Shown in pieces: positions 7,206 to 15,109 of a stretch of DNA of 53,138 nt. The stretch is from Candidatus Dormiibacterota bacterium (lineage in GTDB: Bacteria > Chloroflexota > Dormibacteria > Dormibacterales > Dormibacteraceae). The stretch spans positions 1-53,138 of the forward strand of contig DAITQH010000001.1 of assembly GCA_036833175.1 (NCBI GenBank), in the 5' to 3' direction. Position numbers and translations under genes: made by a program. A model generated the notes under the pieces. It was not told the DNA's origin, made no database searches, and saw nothing but the letters and a program-made list of their open reading frames with translations. Each line of letters starts with the position of its first letter. Position 1 is the stretch's first letter.

Positions 7206-8906
7206 ATGCTCGATTTCGCACAAGCCGGTTCGGCGGTCGGATCAACGTCCGCGACCCTGGAGAAAGCACGAATCCTAGGCGCGTACTTTCGCACGCTCGA
7301 CGATGACGACCTCCGCCGCGCGGCCGTCTTCATGAGCGGCCGCGCCTTCAGCCCCTCGAAGCGGCGGACCCTCGGACTTGGCTGGGCGACGGTCAGCAAG
7401 GCGGTATCGTCGCTCTCCGGCCGCGACGAGGATGAGTTGGGGCTCATCTTTCGCAAGCACTCGGACCTGGGCGACTGGGCGGGTGAGGCGCTGGACGGGC
7501 GCACGCAACCGGAGCCCGTCTCGCTGCAGGAGATCGACGAAACGCTGGAGGCGATTCGCATCGCCCGAGGGAAGGCAAAGGAGGCGCCTCTCGCATCGCT
7601 CTTGCGCCGGTTGGATCCGGAGTCCGCGCGCTTTTTCATCAAGATTCTCTCGGGGGAGCTGCGCATCGGTCTGAGCGAGGGCCTCGTCGAGGCCGCGATC
7701 GCGGAAGCTTTCGGCGTGCCCATCACGCAGGTCAAGCGCGTCCACCTGATCACCGGGGACATCGGCGAGACCGCCCTTCGATGCAAGCACAAGCAGTTCG
7801 ACACCACCACGATCGCGCTTTTTCAGCCAGTGCGCTTCATGCTCGCGAGCCCCGTGGAGAGGCCAGCAGAAGCTTTTCAACGGATGGGCGCCGAAAGCGT
7901 TTGGACCGAGGAGAAATACGACGGCGTGCGCTGCCAGCTGCACAGGAAGGGCGACCGGGTCGAGCTGTTCTCTCGCGACCTCAAGGAGACGACGAGCGCG
8001 TTTCCGGAGCTGGCCGAGAACGCTCCATCGATCGGCCACGACGTGCTCTTCGACGGCGAGGTGCTCGCCCACCGAGACGGCCGCGTCCTGAGGTTTTTCG
8101 AGCTCCAGCGGCGGCTCGGCCGGAAGAAGGTGTCGAGCGAGCTCCGCGAGGAGGTGCCCGTGGTGCTGGTCGTGTTCGACCTGCTGTGGCTCGACGGACG
8201 GCCGCTCCTGGACGAACCGCTCGAGACGCGTCGTCGGGCGATGGAGGGTCTCGGTCTCCGGCACCCGTTTCTCCTGGCAAGGGTCGAGGAGGCCACGGAT
8301 CCCGACCACCTCGACCGGATCTTCGGGGAGACGCGCGCGAGGGGCAACGAGGGCCTGATGGTGAAAGATCCGCTCAGCCCTTACACGCCGGGCCGCCGCG
8401 GCCTCGCGTGGCTTAAGTTGAAGCGCCCGCTCGCGACTCTCGACGTCGTCGTGACCGCAGTCGAATGGGGCCACGGCAAACGCAAGGGCGTGCTGTCCGA
8501 TTACACGTTCGCGGTCAAGGACACGAGTACGGGGCGGCTGGTCAACGTGGGTAAGGCTTACACGGGGCTGACCGACGCCGAGATCGCCACCATGACGAAG
8601 CGGTTCCTGGAGATCACGATCGAGGACCACGGCCACGTGCGTCTCGTTAAGCCCGAGGTCGTGCTCGAGGTCGCTTTCGATTCCATCCAGCACTCCGCGC
8701 GCCACCTAAGCGGCTTCGCGCTCCGTTTTCCTCGCATCGTGCGCATCCGCGACGACAAGCCGGTTGACGAGATCGACACGGTGGATCGAGTCGCGGAGTT
8801 GTACGAGAAGTATTTCGGGGATAAGACAGTGCCTTCGTTGAGCGAAGTTGCAGAATCGGAACCCCCCTCCGGGCCGGGCCGACCTCCCCACAAGGTGGGG
8901 AGGTGA
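7206..8906 (+). CDS. ATP-dependent DNA ligase (Lig1-like, three-domain type)
   Basis: 566 aa. Adenylation motif I EEKYDGVRCQLH, plus EGLMVKD and WLKLKR motifs. The last ~13 codons lie in a GC-rich palindromic repeat. Confidence 0.9.
   Translation: MLDFAQAGSAVGSTSATLEKARILGAYFRTLDDDDLRRAAVFMSGRAFSPSKRRTLGLGWATVSKAVSSLSGRDEDELGLIFRKHSDLGDWAGEALDGRTQPEPVSLQEIDETLEAIRIARGKAKEAPLASLLRRLDPESARFFIKILSGELRIGLSEGLVEAAIAEAFGVPITQVKRVHLITGDIGETALRCKHKQFDTTTIALFQPVRFMLASPVERPAEAFQRMGAESVWTEEKYDGVRCQLHRKGDRVELFSRDLKETTSAFPELAENAPSIGHDVLFDGEVLAHRDGRVLRFFELQRRLGRKKVSSELREEVPVVLVVFDLLWLDGRPLLDEPLETRRRAMEGLGLRHPFLLARVEEATDPDHLDRIFGETRARGNEGLMVKDPLSPYTPGRRGLAWLKLKRPLATLDVVVTAVEWGHGKRKGVLSDYTFAVKDTSTGRLVNVGKAYTGLTDAEIATMTKRFLEITIEDHGHVRLVKPEVVLEVAFDSIQHSARHLSGFALRFPRIVRIRDDKPVDEIDTVDRVAELYEKYFGDKTVPSLSEVAESEPPSGPGRPPHKVGR
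8883..8903 (+). repeat. GC-rich palindromic hairpin at the ligase 3' end
   Basis: CCTCCCCAC AAG GTGGGGAGG: a 9-bp perfect stem that ends one nt before the TGA at 8904-8906. It is preceded by GGAACCCCCCTCC (8869-8881), which resembles the repeat family at 26440 and 44445. Confidence 0.6.
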
Positions 8907-8958
8907 AAGGCACTCCCATCGATGAAAGTTGCTGTCCAGTGAAAGGGATTCTCATCCT

Positions 8959-9696
8959 ATGAAGCTCACTTTCATGGGCACCGCCGGCGCGCGGTTCATG
9001 GTCGCCAAGCAACTGGCCGCCTCCGGAGGGCTTTACATCGAGGAGGGCAACACGCGCATCAGCCTCGATCCCGGGCCGGGCGCGATCGTTCAGTACGCCA
9101 AGCGCAAGGTCGACCTGACCAAGCTCGACGCGATCGTCATCAGCCACCGGCACCTCGACCACAGCAACGACGTCAACGTGATGATCGAGGCGATGACCGA
9201 CGGAGGCTTCCGACACCGGGGGCGGCTGTTCTGCCCGAGCGATGCCCTCAATGACGACCCTGTCGTCCTCAAGTACATCCGCAACTTTCCGCAAGAGATC
9301 GTGGCCCTCCAGCCCGAGACCGATTACACGGTGGGCGAGGTTACCTTTACGACCACACCTCGTCACTTGCACCAGGTCGAGACATTCGGCTTCAGGTTTG
9401 GCAGCCGTCTCGGGTGGGTCACGGACTCCGCCTACTACGACGGCATCGCCGAGCAGCACAAAGCTGACGTGATGGTGATCCACCTCGTGTTGATGGAGTG
9501 CCGCGCCGGCCTTCCGCACCTCTGCCTCGATGACGCGGAGAGGATCATCCGCGAGGCTAAGCCCCGACTCGCGATCCTCACGCACTACGGAATGACCGTG
9601 TGGAGGGCGCATCCGTGGGAGCTCGCCGCCGACCTGACGCAGCGCATCGGCACCGAGGTTAAAGCGGCACGCGACGGTATGAGCGTCGAGCTTTAG
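8959..9696 (+). CDS. MBL-fold metallo-hydrolase (RNase Z/J-like superfamily, function unknown)
   Basis: Track ORF 8929..9696. I prefer ATG 8959 (MKLTFMGTAGA...), which has GAAAGGGA about 10 nt upstream. HxHxDH motif VISHRHLDHSND. Confidence 0.75.
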   Translation: MKLTFMGTAGARFMVAKQLAASGGLYIEEGNTRISLDPGPGAIVQYAKRKVDLTKLDAIVISHRHLDHSNDVNVMIEAMTDGGFRHRGRLFCPSDALNDDPVVLKYIRNFPQEIVALQPETDYTVGEVTFTTTPRHLHQVETFGFRFGSRLGWVTDSAYYDGIAEQHKADVMVIHLVLMECRAGLPHLCLDDAERIIREAKPRLAILTHYGMTVWRAHPWELAADLTQRIGTEVKAARDGMSVEL

Positions 9697-10887
9697 ATGA
9701 CTTCGGAGCAGCGATTCCTCCTGCTCCTCATCGTCGTGGGCGCCGTGGCGACGGTGCTTGGCCTCGTCTCGAAGCGAGCGCGCTTGCTGCCCTACCCGGT
9801 GGTCCTGGCGGCGGCGGGCATCGCGGTCGGGCTGCTGCCCGGCGGCCAGCTCCCGCGCATCGGCGGCAGCGTCATCCTGCTTGCCTTCGTGCCGGGCCTC
9901 ATCTTCGAAGCGGCGCTGACACTCGACCTGGCAGAGCTCAGGCGCCGCATCCTGCCCGTCGGGCTCCTGTCAACGGTCGGTGTGGCGATGACCGTTCTCC
10001 TGATCGGACTTCTTACGCACCTGGCCATTGGCTTCAGCTGGTCGAGCGCGATGCTGCTGGGCGCGATTCTCGCCGCCACCGACCCCATCGCCGTCATCAC
10101 GTTGCTGCGCCGCCTCAACGCGCCCGCAGGCCTGGCGGCGATCCTCGAGGGCGAGAGCCTGTTCAACGACGGCACCGGCGTGGCGGTGTTCTCGGCAGTC
10201 CTGGCAACCATCCTCGGCGGTACGCCATCGTTCGGTGACGCGACATTGCGATTCTTTGAGATCACTCTCGGCGGAACCGCGGTGGGGCTCGCGGTCGGAT
10301 TTCTCGGACTTGCTTTGCTGCGATTCGCCGACGACGCGCCGCTGGAGATCCTCGCGACGCTCGTGATCGCGTATGGCAGCTATCTGGCCGCCGACGTCCT
10401 GCACGCTTCCGGCATAGTCGCGGTCGTGGTGGCCGGCATCGTGGTGGCCCGTTACGGAGCGGCGATTGGCCGGCTGCACGGCCCGCAGCTGCTGGGCTTC
10501 TGGAACCTCCTCGCTTTCGTCCTCAACGCGATGCTCTTCATCCTGGTTGGCGCAGCGCTGCCGGCCACGGCTCTGCTGCCCGTCGCGGGCCTCGTCCTGG
10601 TCGCCTACTTGATCGTGCTGCTGACACGCGCGGCGCCGGTATACGGATTGCTTGGCCTCGCAGCCCTGCGCGGCGCATCGATCCCGTGGGCGTGGCGGCA
10701 CGTCACCTTCTGGGCCGGCTTGCGCGGCGCGCTGGCGGTGGCGCTCGCGCTGTCAGTGTCCGGCGCCGCCGGGGTGGACAGCCGCGTTGCGGTCGTCGCC
10801 TATGGCGTCGTGCTGCTGTCGCTGCTGGTCCAGGGCGGGTTGATGGCGCCGGTCACGCGCGCACTCAAGATCGCGGAGGCGGCGTGA
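9697..10887 (+). CDS. Cation:proton antiporter (CPA1, NhaP-type Na+/H+ exchanger)
   Basis: 396 aa, polytopic. Motifs LLGAILAATDPIAV and ESLFNDGTGV. Confidence 0.85.
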   Translation: MTSEQRFLLLLIVVGAVATVLGLVSKRARLLPYPVVLAAAGIAVGLLPGGQLPRIGGSVILLAFVPGLIFEAALTLDLAELRRRILPVGLLSTVGVAMTVLLIGLLTHLAIGFSWSSAMLLGAILAATDPIAVITLLRRLNAPAGLAAILEGESLFNDGTGVAVFSAVLATILGGTPSFGDATLRFFEITLGGTAVGLAVGFLGLALLRFADDAPLEILATLVIAYGSYLAADVLHASGIVAVVVAGIVVARYGAAIGRLHGPQLLGFWNLLAFVLNAMLFILVGAALPATALLPVAGLVLVAYLIVLLTRAAPVYGLLGLAALRGASIPWAWRHVTFWAGLRGALAVALALSVSGAAGVDSRVAVVAYGVVLLSLLVQGGLMAPVTRALKIAEAA

Positions 10888-12002
10888 CGCGCTGGCGCTG
10901 GCGCGGATCGGTGGCCTTGCTCGCCGTCGCGGTCGGGTTCGTCGTGTATCCACTGGTGGAAGGCGAGAACGACGTAATCAACTCGGACTGGCCCGCCTTC
11001 GCCACCGGCGGCCGGTTGATAGTCGAGAACCCGAGCCATCTCTACGACCTCGACGTGCAACGGCGCACGCAGCTCGAAGTCACCGGCGGTCGCACCCTGG
11101 TCACGCTGGGGATCAAGGGCATCCTGCCGTTCCTGGCGCCGGCCTGGGTTGCCTTCATCGCCGTGCCGTTCGACCTCCTGGGCACCAACCTCGGCGGCCG
11201 CCTCTGGATCCTCTTCGAGCTCACTTGCCTCGCCTTCGGGCTCTTTCTGGCAGCGCGGCCGCGACCGCCGACCGAATGGCTGCCCGCCTTCGCTAGCGTG
11301 CCGACCGCCCTCCTGCTTCTCAATGCCCAGGTGGACGGCCTCGTCGCGCTCGGCATCGGCGCCGCGATCGCCCTGTGGTCAAAGCCCTACCTCGCCGGCG
11401 TTGCGCTTGGCCTGACGCTGGTTAAGCCGCAGCTCGTCCTGACCATCGGGCTCGCTCTCCTGATCGCCCGGATGTGGCGGGTGATCGCGGGCTGGGGTGC
11501 GGCCGGCGTGGCATTGCTGCTGGCGAGCCTGGCGCTCAACCCGCACTGGGTGGTTGACTGGCTCAAGTCCGCCGGAGGCACGGTGCAGCCGGGCGCACGC
11601 GAGGTCAACTTCTCACATTTTGGAATCCTGTTTCCAACCGGAGCCCAGACCGTTGCGGAAGCCGCCCTGGCGTTGATCGCCATGGTCGCGGTGGTGTGGC
11701 TGGCCTGGCGGCGTCGGGATGACCTCCGGTCGGCGGCCGCGGTTGTCGTCGCGGGCGGAGTCCTGGCCGCGCCCCACGCGCTGGCTACCGACCTGGTGCT
11801 GGTCGCGGTCGCGCTTGCCCTGTGGGGTCAGGCTGCCTGGTACGACTGGCTCCTGCTCTCTGCCGGCGCTGCGATCGCCGCACTCCTCCCCGCCCCCGTG
11901 CCGGCAGTGGTGGGCGCGCTGCTGATCGGCTGGGTGTGCCTGCGGGCCGGTGGTGTTATCCCCGCGTGGCGGCGAGGACTGGTGCCGGCGTCTGCTGGAT
12001 GA
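10884..12002 (+). CDS. Polytopic membrane protein, GT87/DUF2029-like glycosyltransferase
   Basis: Track ORF 10686..12002. The start is taken at GTG 10884 (GTGA overlap with the antiporter stop). [19 protein letters not shown]..., then [24 protein letters not shown], then about 9 hydrophobic segments. Confidence 0.6.
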   Translation: MTRWRWRGSVALLAVAVGFVVYPLVEGENDVINSDWPAFATGGRLIVENPSHLYDLDVQRRTQLEVTGGRTLVTLGIKGILPFLAPAWVAFIAVPFDLLGTNLGGRLWILFELTCLAFGLFLAARPRPPTEWLPAFASVPTALLLLNAQVDGLVALGIGAAIALWSKPYLAGVALGLTLVKPQLVLTIGLALLIARMWRVIAGWGAAGVALLLASLALNPHWVVDWLKSAGGTVQPGAREVNFSHFGILFPTGAQTVAEAALALIAMVAVVWLAWRRRDDLRSAAAVVVAGGVLAAPHALATDLVLVAVALALWGQAAWYDWLLLSAGAAIAALLPAPVPAVVGALLIGWVCLRAGGVIPAWRRGLVPASAG

Positions 12003-12579
12003 TCCCGTCGATCAGGCCGTACTCGACTGCCTCCTGCGGCGTCAGGAAATAGTCTCGGTCGGTGTCCTTCTCGACCCGTTCGACCGGCTGGCCGGTGTGC
12101 TTGGCGATCAGCTCGTTCAAGACGGCCCTGATGCGGATGATCTCTCGGGCGTGGATGTCGAGGTCGGTGGCCTGCCCCTGGAGGCCACGGCCGCCGATGA
12201 GCGGCTGGTGCATGTGAATGTTGGAGCTTGGAAGCGAGAATCGCCGGCCCTTGGCTCCGGCCATCAGGACCACGGTGCCGAAGCTCGCCGCGCGGCCGAT
12301 GCACACAGTCGAGATCGGAGCCCGCACGTACTGCATCGTGTCGTAGATCGCAAAGCCGGAGCTCACAGAGCCGCCCGGAGAGTTGACGTAGATCTGGATC
12401 TCCTTCTCCGGGTCGTCGGCGGCCAGGTACATCAGCTGAGCGACGACCAGGTTCGCCACGATGTCATCGATCGGGCGGCCGATCAGGATGATCCGGTCCT
12501 TCAGCAGGCGCGAGTAGATGTCAAAGCTTCGCTCTCGGTTGCCGCCTTCGTTCTCGGTGACTGTCGGTACGTAGCCCAT
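11956..12579 (-). CDS. clpP: ATP-dependent Clp protease proteolytic subunit
   Basis: 207 aa: [24 protein letters not shown]...[21 protein letters not shown]...[13 protein letters not shown]...IHMHQP. Confidence 0.95.
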   Translation of the reverse strand: MGYVPTVTENEGGNRERSFDIYSRLLKDRIILIGRPIDDIVANLVVAQLMYLAADDPEKEIQIYVNSPGGSVSSGFAIYDTMQYVRAPISTVCIGRAASFGTVVLMAGAKGRRFSLPSSNIHMHQPLIGGRGLQGQATDLDIHAREIIRIRAVLNELIAKHTGQPVERVEKDTDRDYFLTPQEAVEYGLIDGIIQQTPAPVLAATRG

Positions 12580-12681
12580 TGCTACGCAAGGTTACGAGAT
12601 ATATTCGGCGCGTTGGCTAGCGGGACCGTACTGGCTCCGGTGGAGTTCTTCGGCGAATTGCGGAAGGGAGTGAAGGCAAAG

Positions 12682-13062
12682 ATGCCGGCGCCCCTGCGCA
12701 AGTTCAACAGCGCCCGTGGACGGGGCCGCCTGGTGAAGCTGCATTACGGCATGTCTGAGTTCCATTACGAGGCCTGGCACCACACCGGCGACGGCCGGCT
12801 GGAGATCGGCCTCCATTTCGAAGGATCGCGTGAGGAGAACCAGGACGCGTTCGAGTTCTTCCGGGCCCATGTCATCGAGATCAAGGCGCAGCTGCCTCGC
12901 GCGGAGCTGGAACCCTGGGACAGAGGTTGGTGTCGCCTGTACGAGACGTTGCGGGCGCCACAGCTTGACGAGGACGTGCTCGACAGCGCCATCGGTTGCC
13001 TGTCCGGCTACATCGTGACGCTCCAGCCCCTTCTCGACTCCTGGTTGAAGGAGGAGCGCTGA
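12682..13062 (+). CDS. Hypothetical protein
   Basis: C-terminal part of track ORF 11950..13062 (the rest is antisense to clpP). ATG 12682 is preceded by GGAAGGGAG. MPAPLRKFNSARGRGRLVKLHYGMSEFHYEAWHHTGDGRLEIGLHFEG... Confidence 0.55.
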   Translation: MPAPLRKFNSARGRGRLVKLHYGMSEFHYEAWHHTGDGRLEIGLHFEGSREENQDAFEFFRAHVIEIKAQLPRAELEPWDRGWCRLYETLRAPQLDEDVLDSAIGCLSGYIVTLQPLLDSWLKEER

Positions 13063-13179
13063 TGACCCGTCTTGGACCTGTCGGCGCGGTTGGCGAAAGG
13101 ACTCGCCGCGTTGCTACAACACCGACGAGGAGGTAGATCGAGTGCTTGATGTGCTGTCGCTTGAACGAGTAGCCCGGCA

Positions 13180-13824
13180 ATGAGAACTGATGGCCTCAGC
13201 GACGAGGTCCAGGCCTACCTGAACAGGCTGGTGCCGCCGCGGGACCCCGTACTGGCACGCATGGAGGAAGAGGCGCATCGCGAGGATATTCCGATCGTCG
13301 ACACCCACGAGGGCCAGCTGCTGTACGTGTTGATCAAGATCGCGCGGGCCAAGCGGGTCCTCGAGCTCGGCACCGCCACCGGTTACAGCGGACTGTGGCT
13401 CTTGCGCGGTACTGACGGCGGCTCGCTGACAACCTTCGAGGTGACCCACGAGCGGGCCGAGCGCGCGCGCAAGAATTTCGCGGAGGCCGGCTTTGGTGAG
13501 CGTGCGCGGGTTCTTGAAGAGAACGCTGTCACCGGGCTGGAAAAGATCAATGAACGATTCGACGCGTGCTTCATTGATCTGTTGAATGCCTTCCGGTCGG
13601 TGGAGATCACCCAGCGCGCGGCGGAGCTCTGCCTCGAGCGCCTGGATCCCGGCGGGCTGCTCATGGCGGACAACGCACTCCGCCAGGGCGAGGTGCTCAA
13701 ACCTCAGACCCAGCAGGCGAAGAACGTCGCGTTCTACAACGATTGGGTCGCGAAGCATCCGCGACTGGAGAGCGTCGTGATCCCGATCCGCGACGGCCTG
13801 TCGGTGGCCCGGGTTCGCGACTGA
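13180..13824 (+). CDS. Class I SAM-dependent O-methyltransferase (caffeoyl-CoA OMT-like family 3)
   Basis: 214 aa. Motifs VLELGTATGYSGLWL, DACFIDL and GGLLMADNAL. Confidence 0.8.
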   Translation: MRTDGLSDEVQAYLNRLVPPRDPVLARMEEEAHREDIPIVDTHEGQLLYVLIKIARAKRVLELGTATGYSGLWLLRGTDGGSLTTFEVTHERAERARKNFAEAGFGERARVLEENAVTGLEKINERFDACFIDLLNAFRSVEITQRAAELCLERLDPGGLLMADNALRQGEVLKPQTQQAKNVAFYNDWVAKHPRLESVVIPIRDGLSVARVRD

Positions 13825-13844
13825 GCCCAAGCGCCCGTTCATGG

Positions 13845-14042
13845 ATGCGGCGGATCGGCTATGCGCTGTTCGTGCTGGCCGGCCTCAGCATCGTCATCGC
13901 GGTGGTGTCATTGGGGTATGGGATCGGTGGACCAACCGGTTTGCGGGGACGGGCTTTCGGCTACGGGTTGCTGAATTTAGGTTTTGCAGCAGTCAACGCG
14001 GGGCTCGGGTTCGTGTTGCTCAGGGGAAGCCGAGCGGCCTAA
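13845..14042 (+). CDS. Possible small two-helix membrane protein
   Basis: 65 aa from ATG 13845: MRRIGYALFVLAGLSIVIAVVSLGYGIGG...LLNLGFAAVNAGLGFVLL. The only evidence is hydrophobic pattern and position. Confidence 0.35.
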   Translation: MRRIGYALFVLAGLSIVIAVVSLGYGIGGPTGLRGRAFGYGLLNLGFAAVNAGLGFVLLRGSRAA

Positions 14043-14043
14043 C

Positions 14044-14742
14044 TCAGCCCGCGGTCGGCTTCGCCTCGTCGCCTTCGATCCAGTAGGTCCCGTCCGCGGC
14101 ATGCTCCTTCTTCCAGATCGGCACCGACTCCTTGAGCCGGTCGATCCCCCATTTGCAGGCAGCGATCGCCTCAGCGCGGTGCGGGCACGACACCGACACG
14201 ACCACAGACGCCTCGCCAATCTCCAGCCTGCCCGTGCGATGCGCCATCGCGACCCGAGCCTCCGGCCACTGCCTGCCGATCTCGTCGCCGATCTTCCGCA
14301 TCTCCGCGGTGGCCATCTCCGCGTAGGCCTCGTAGTCGAGATGCGTGACCGACCGACCGCGCGAGCTGTCGCGCACCACGCCGGTAAAGGTGCAGATCGC
14401 GCCGGCACCCTTGTGCGCAACGGCCGCCTCCAGCCTCCGCGCATCCAGGGGATCAACGGTGAGCTCGAACAGGACTCCTGCGCCATGCGCCCCACCGCTG
14501 ACGGGCGGGATGAAAGCCGCTTCATCGCCATCTTCGACAGTCGCGGTCCAGTCGCTGAACTCCTGGTTCAGCGCGGCGCGCACCGCCCGCCGGTCCGGAA
14601 GAGCCGGATGTCTCTGGCGAAGGGTCTCGTATACGTCGGCCAGGGTTGAGCCTGCGGGAAGCTCGAGCGTCTCGGTCTCCGCGCCAGCCTGCTCGCGCAA
14701 CCTTGCAAACAGCCGAGTTCGCACGGCGATCGCTACAGGCAC
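14044..14742 (-). CDS. Fused molybdopterin synthase MoaD-MoaE (MoaX-like)
   Basis: 232 aa. Residues 1-84 are MoaD-like and end in the diagnostic ...AAFIPPVSGG. Residues 85-232 are MoaE-like (ICTFTGVVRD..., VAMAHRTGRLEIGEASVVVSVSCPHRAEA, PIWKKE). There is no stop or start codon at the junction. Confidence 0.85.
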   Translation of the reverse strand: MPVAIAVRTRLFARLREQAGAETETLELPAGSTLADVYETLRQRHPALPDRRAVRAALNQEFSDWTATVEDGDEAAFIPPVSGGAHGAGVLFELTVDPLDARRLEAAVAHKGAGAICTFTGVVRDSSRGRSVTHLDYEAYAEMATAEMRKIGDEIGRQWPEARVAMAHRTGRLEIGEASVVVSVSCPHRAEAIAACKWGIDRLKESVPIWKKEHAADGTYWIEGDEAKPTAG

Positions 14743-14752
14743 GTGTCCAATC

Positions 14753-15109
14753 CTACGGAGTGGCTAGAGGGCCAACAAAAACATGGACCTCTTTGCCGGA
14801 GTCCAGCGCCCGCTCCACCGTGGCACGCGTGCCCTTGGAGCTCCCGTCCCAGAAGGCGACCAGCACGTCGCATGCGTCGACCAGGCGCTGGTTGCGCGCG
14901 GCCGAGCGGCTGGCGTCGGCCAGCTCGTCGAAGCTGGCCGGTATGACCTGCACGGCGATGCCTTTCGCTCGCGCGGCCTTCGTGGCCGCGGCGTCCACCC
15001 CGCTCGCGCTCCCGGTGATGATCGACGCCCGCGGCGGCAGGGAGTTCACGTAGTCGCTGACCCGAGACGGTTCGGAGAACCGCCTGCTCCCCACGATGGC
15101 GACCCGCAC
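14753..15109 (-). CDS. SLOG-superfamily protein (DUF2493/YspA-like)
   Basis: 118 aa with a GTG start overlapping the pckA stop by 1 nt. MRVAIVGSRRF...IITGSASGVDAAATKAA...ARNQRLVDACDVLVAFWDGSSKGT. Confidence 0.6.
   Translation of the reverse strand: MRVAIVGSRRFSEPSRVSDYVNSLPPRASIITGSASGVDAAATKAARAKGIAVQVIPASFDELADASRSAARNQRLVDACDVLVAFWDGSSKGTRATVERALDSGKEVHVFVGPLATP

Noticed and set aside
7275-8705. Long antisense 'shadow' ORFs: 7275..8705(-) 476 aa, 19411..20826(+) 471 aa, 21228..22733(+) 501 aa, 24343..26382(+) 679 aa, 33575..35077(+) 500 aa, 43093..44394(+) 433 aa, 47970..49247(+) 425 aa, 44696..45808(-) 370 aa and many shorter ones
   Set aside because: Each lies opposite a gene with unmistakable family motifs. 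Their translations are Arg/Ala/Gly/Pro/His/Asp-rich with no recognisable motifs. This is the usual stop-codon-poor antisense frame of GC-rich DNA.
14743-14752. Moco riboswitch upstream of moaDE, and other riboswitches or large ncRNAs in the intergenic gaps
   Set aside because: The gaps before moaDE (10 nt), hisC and the F420 genes are far too short. The larger gaps (2502-2686, 6998-7205, 13063-13179, 25801-25927, 32341-32476) showed no motif I recognise.
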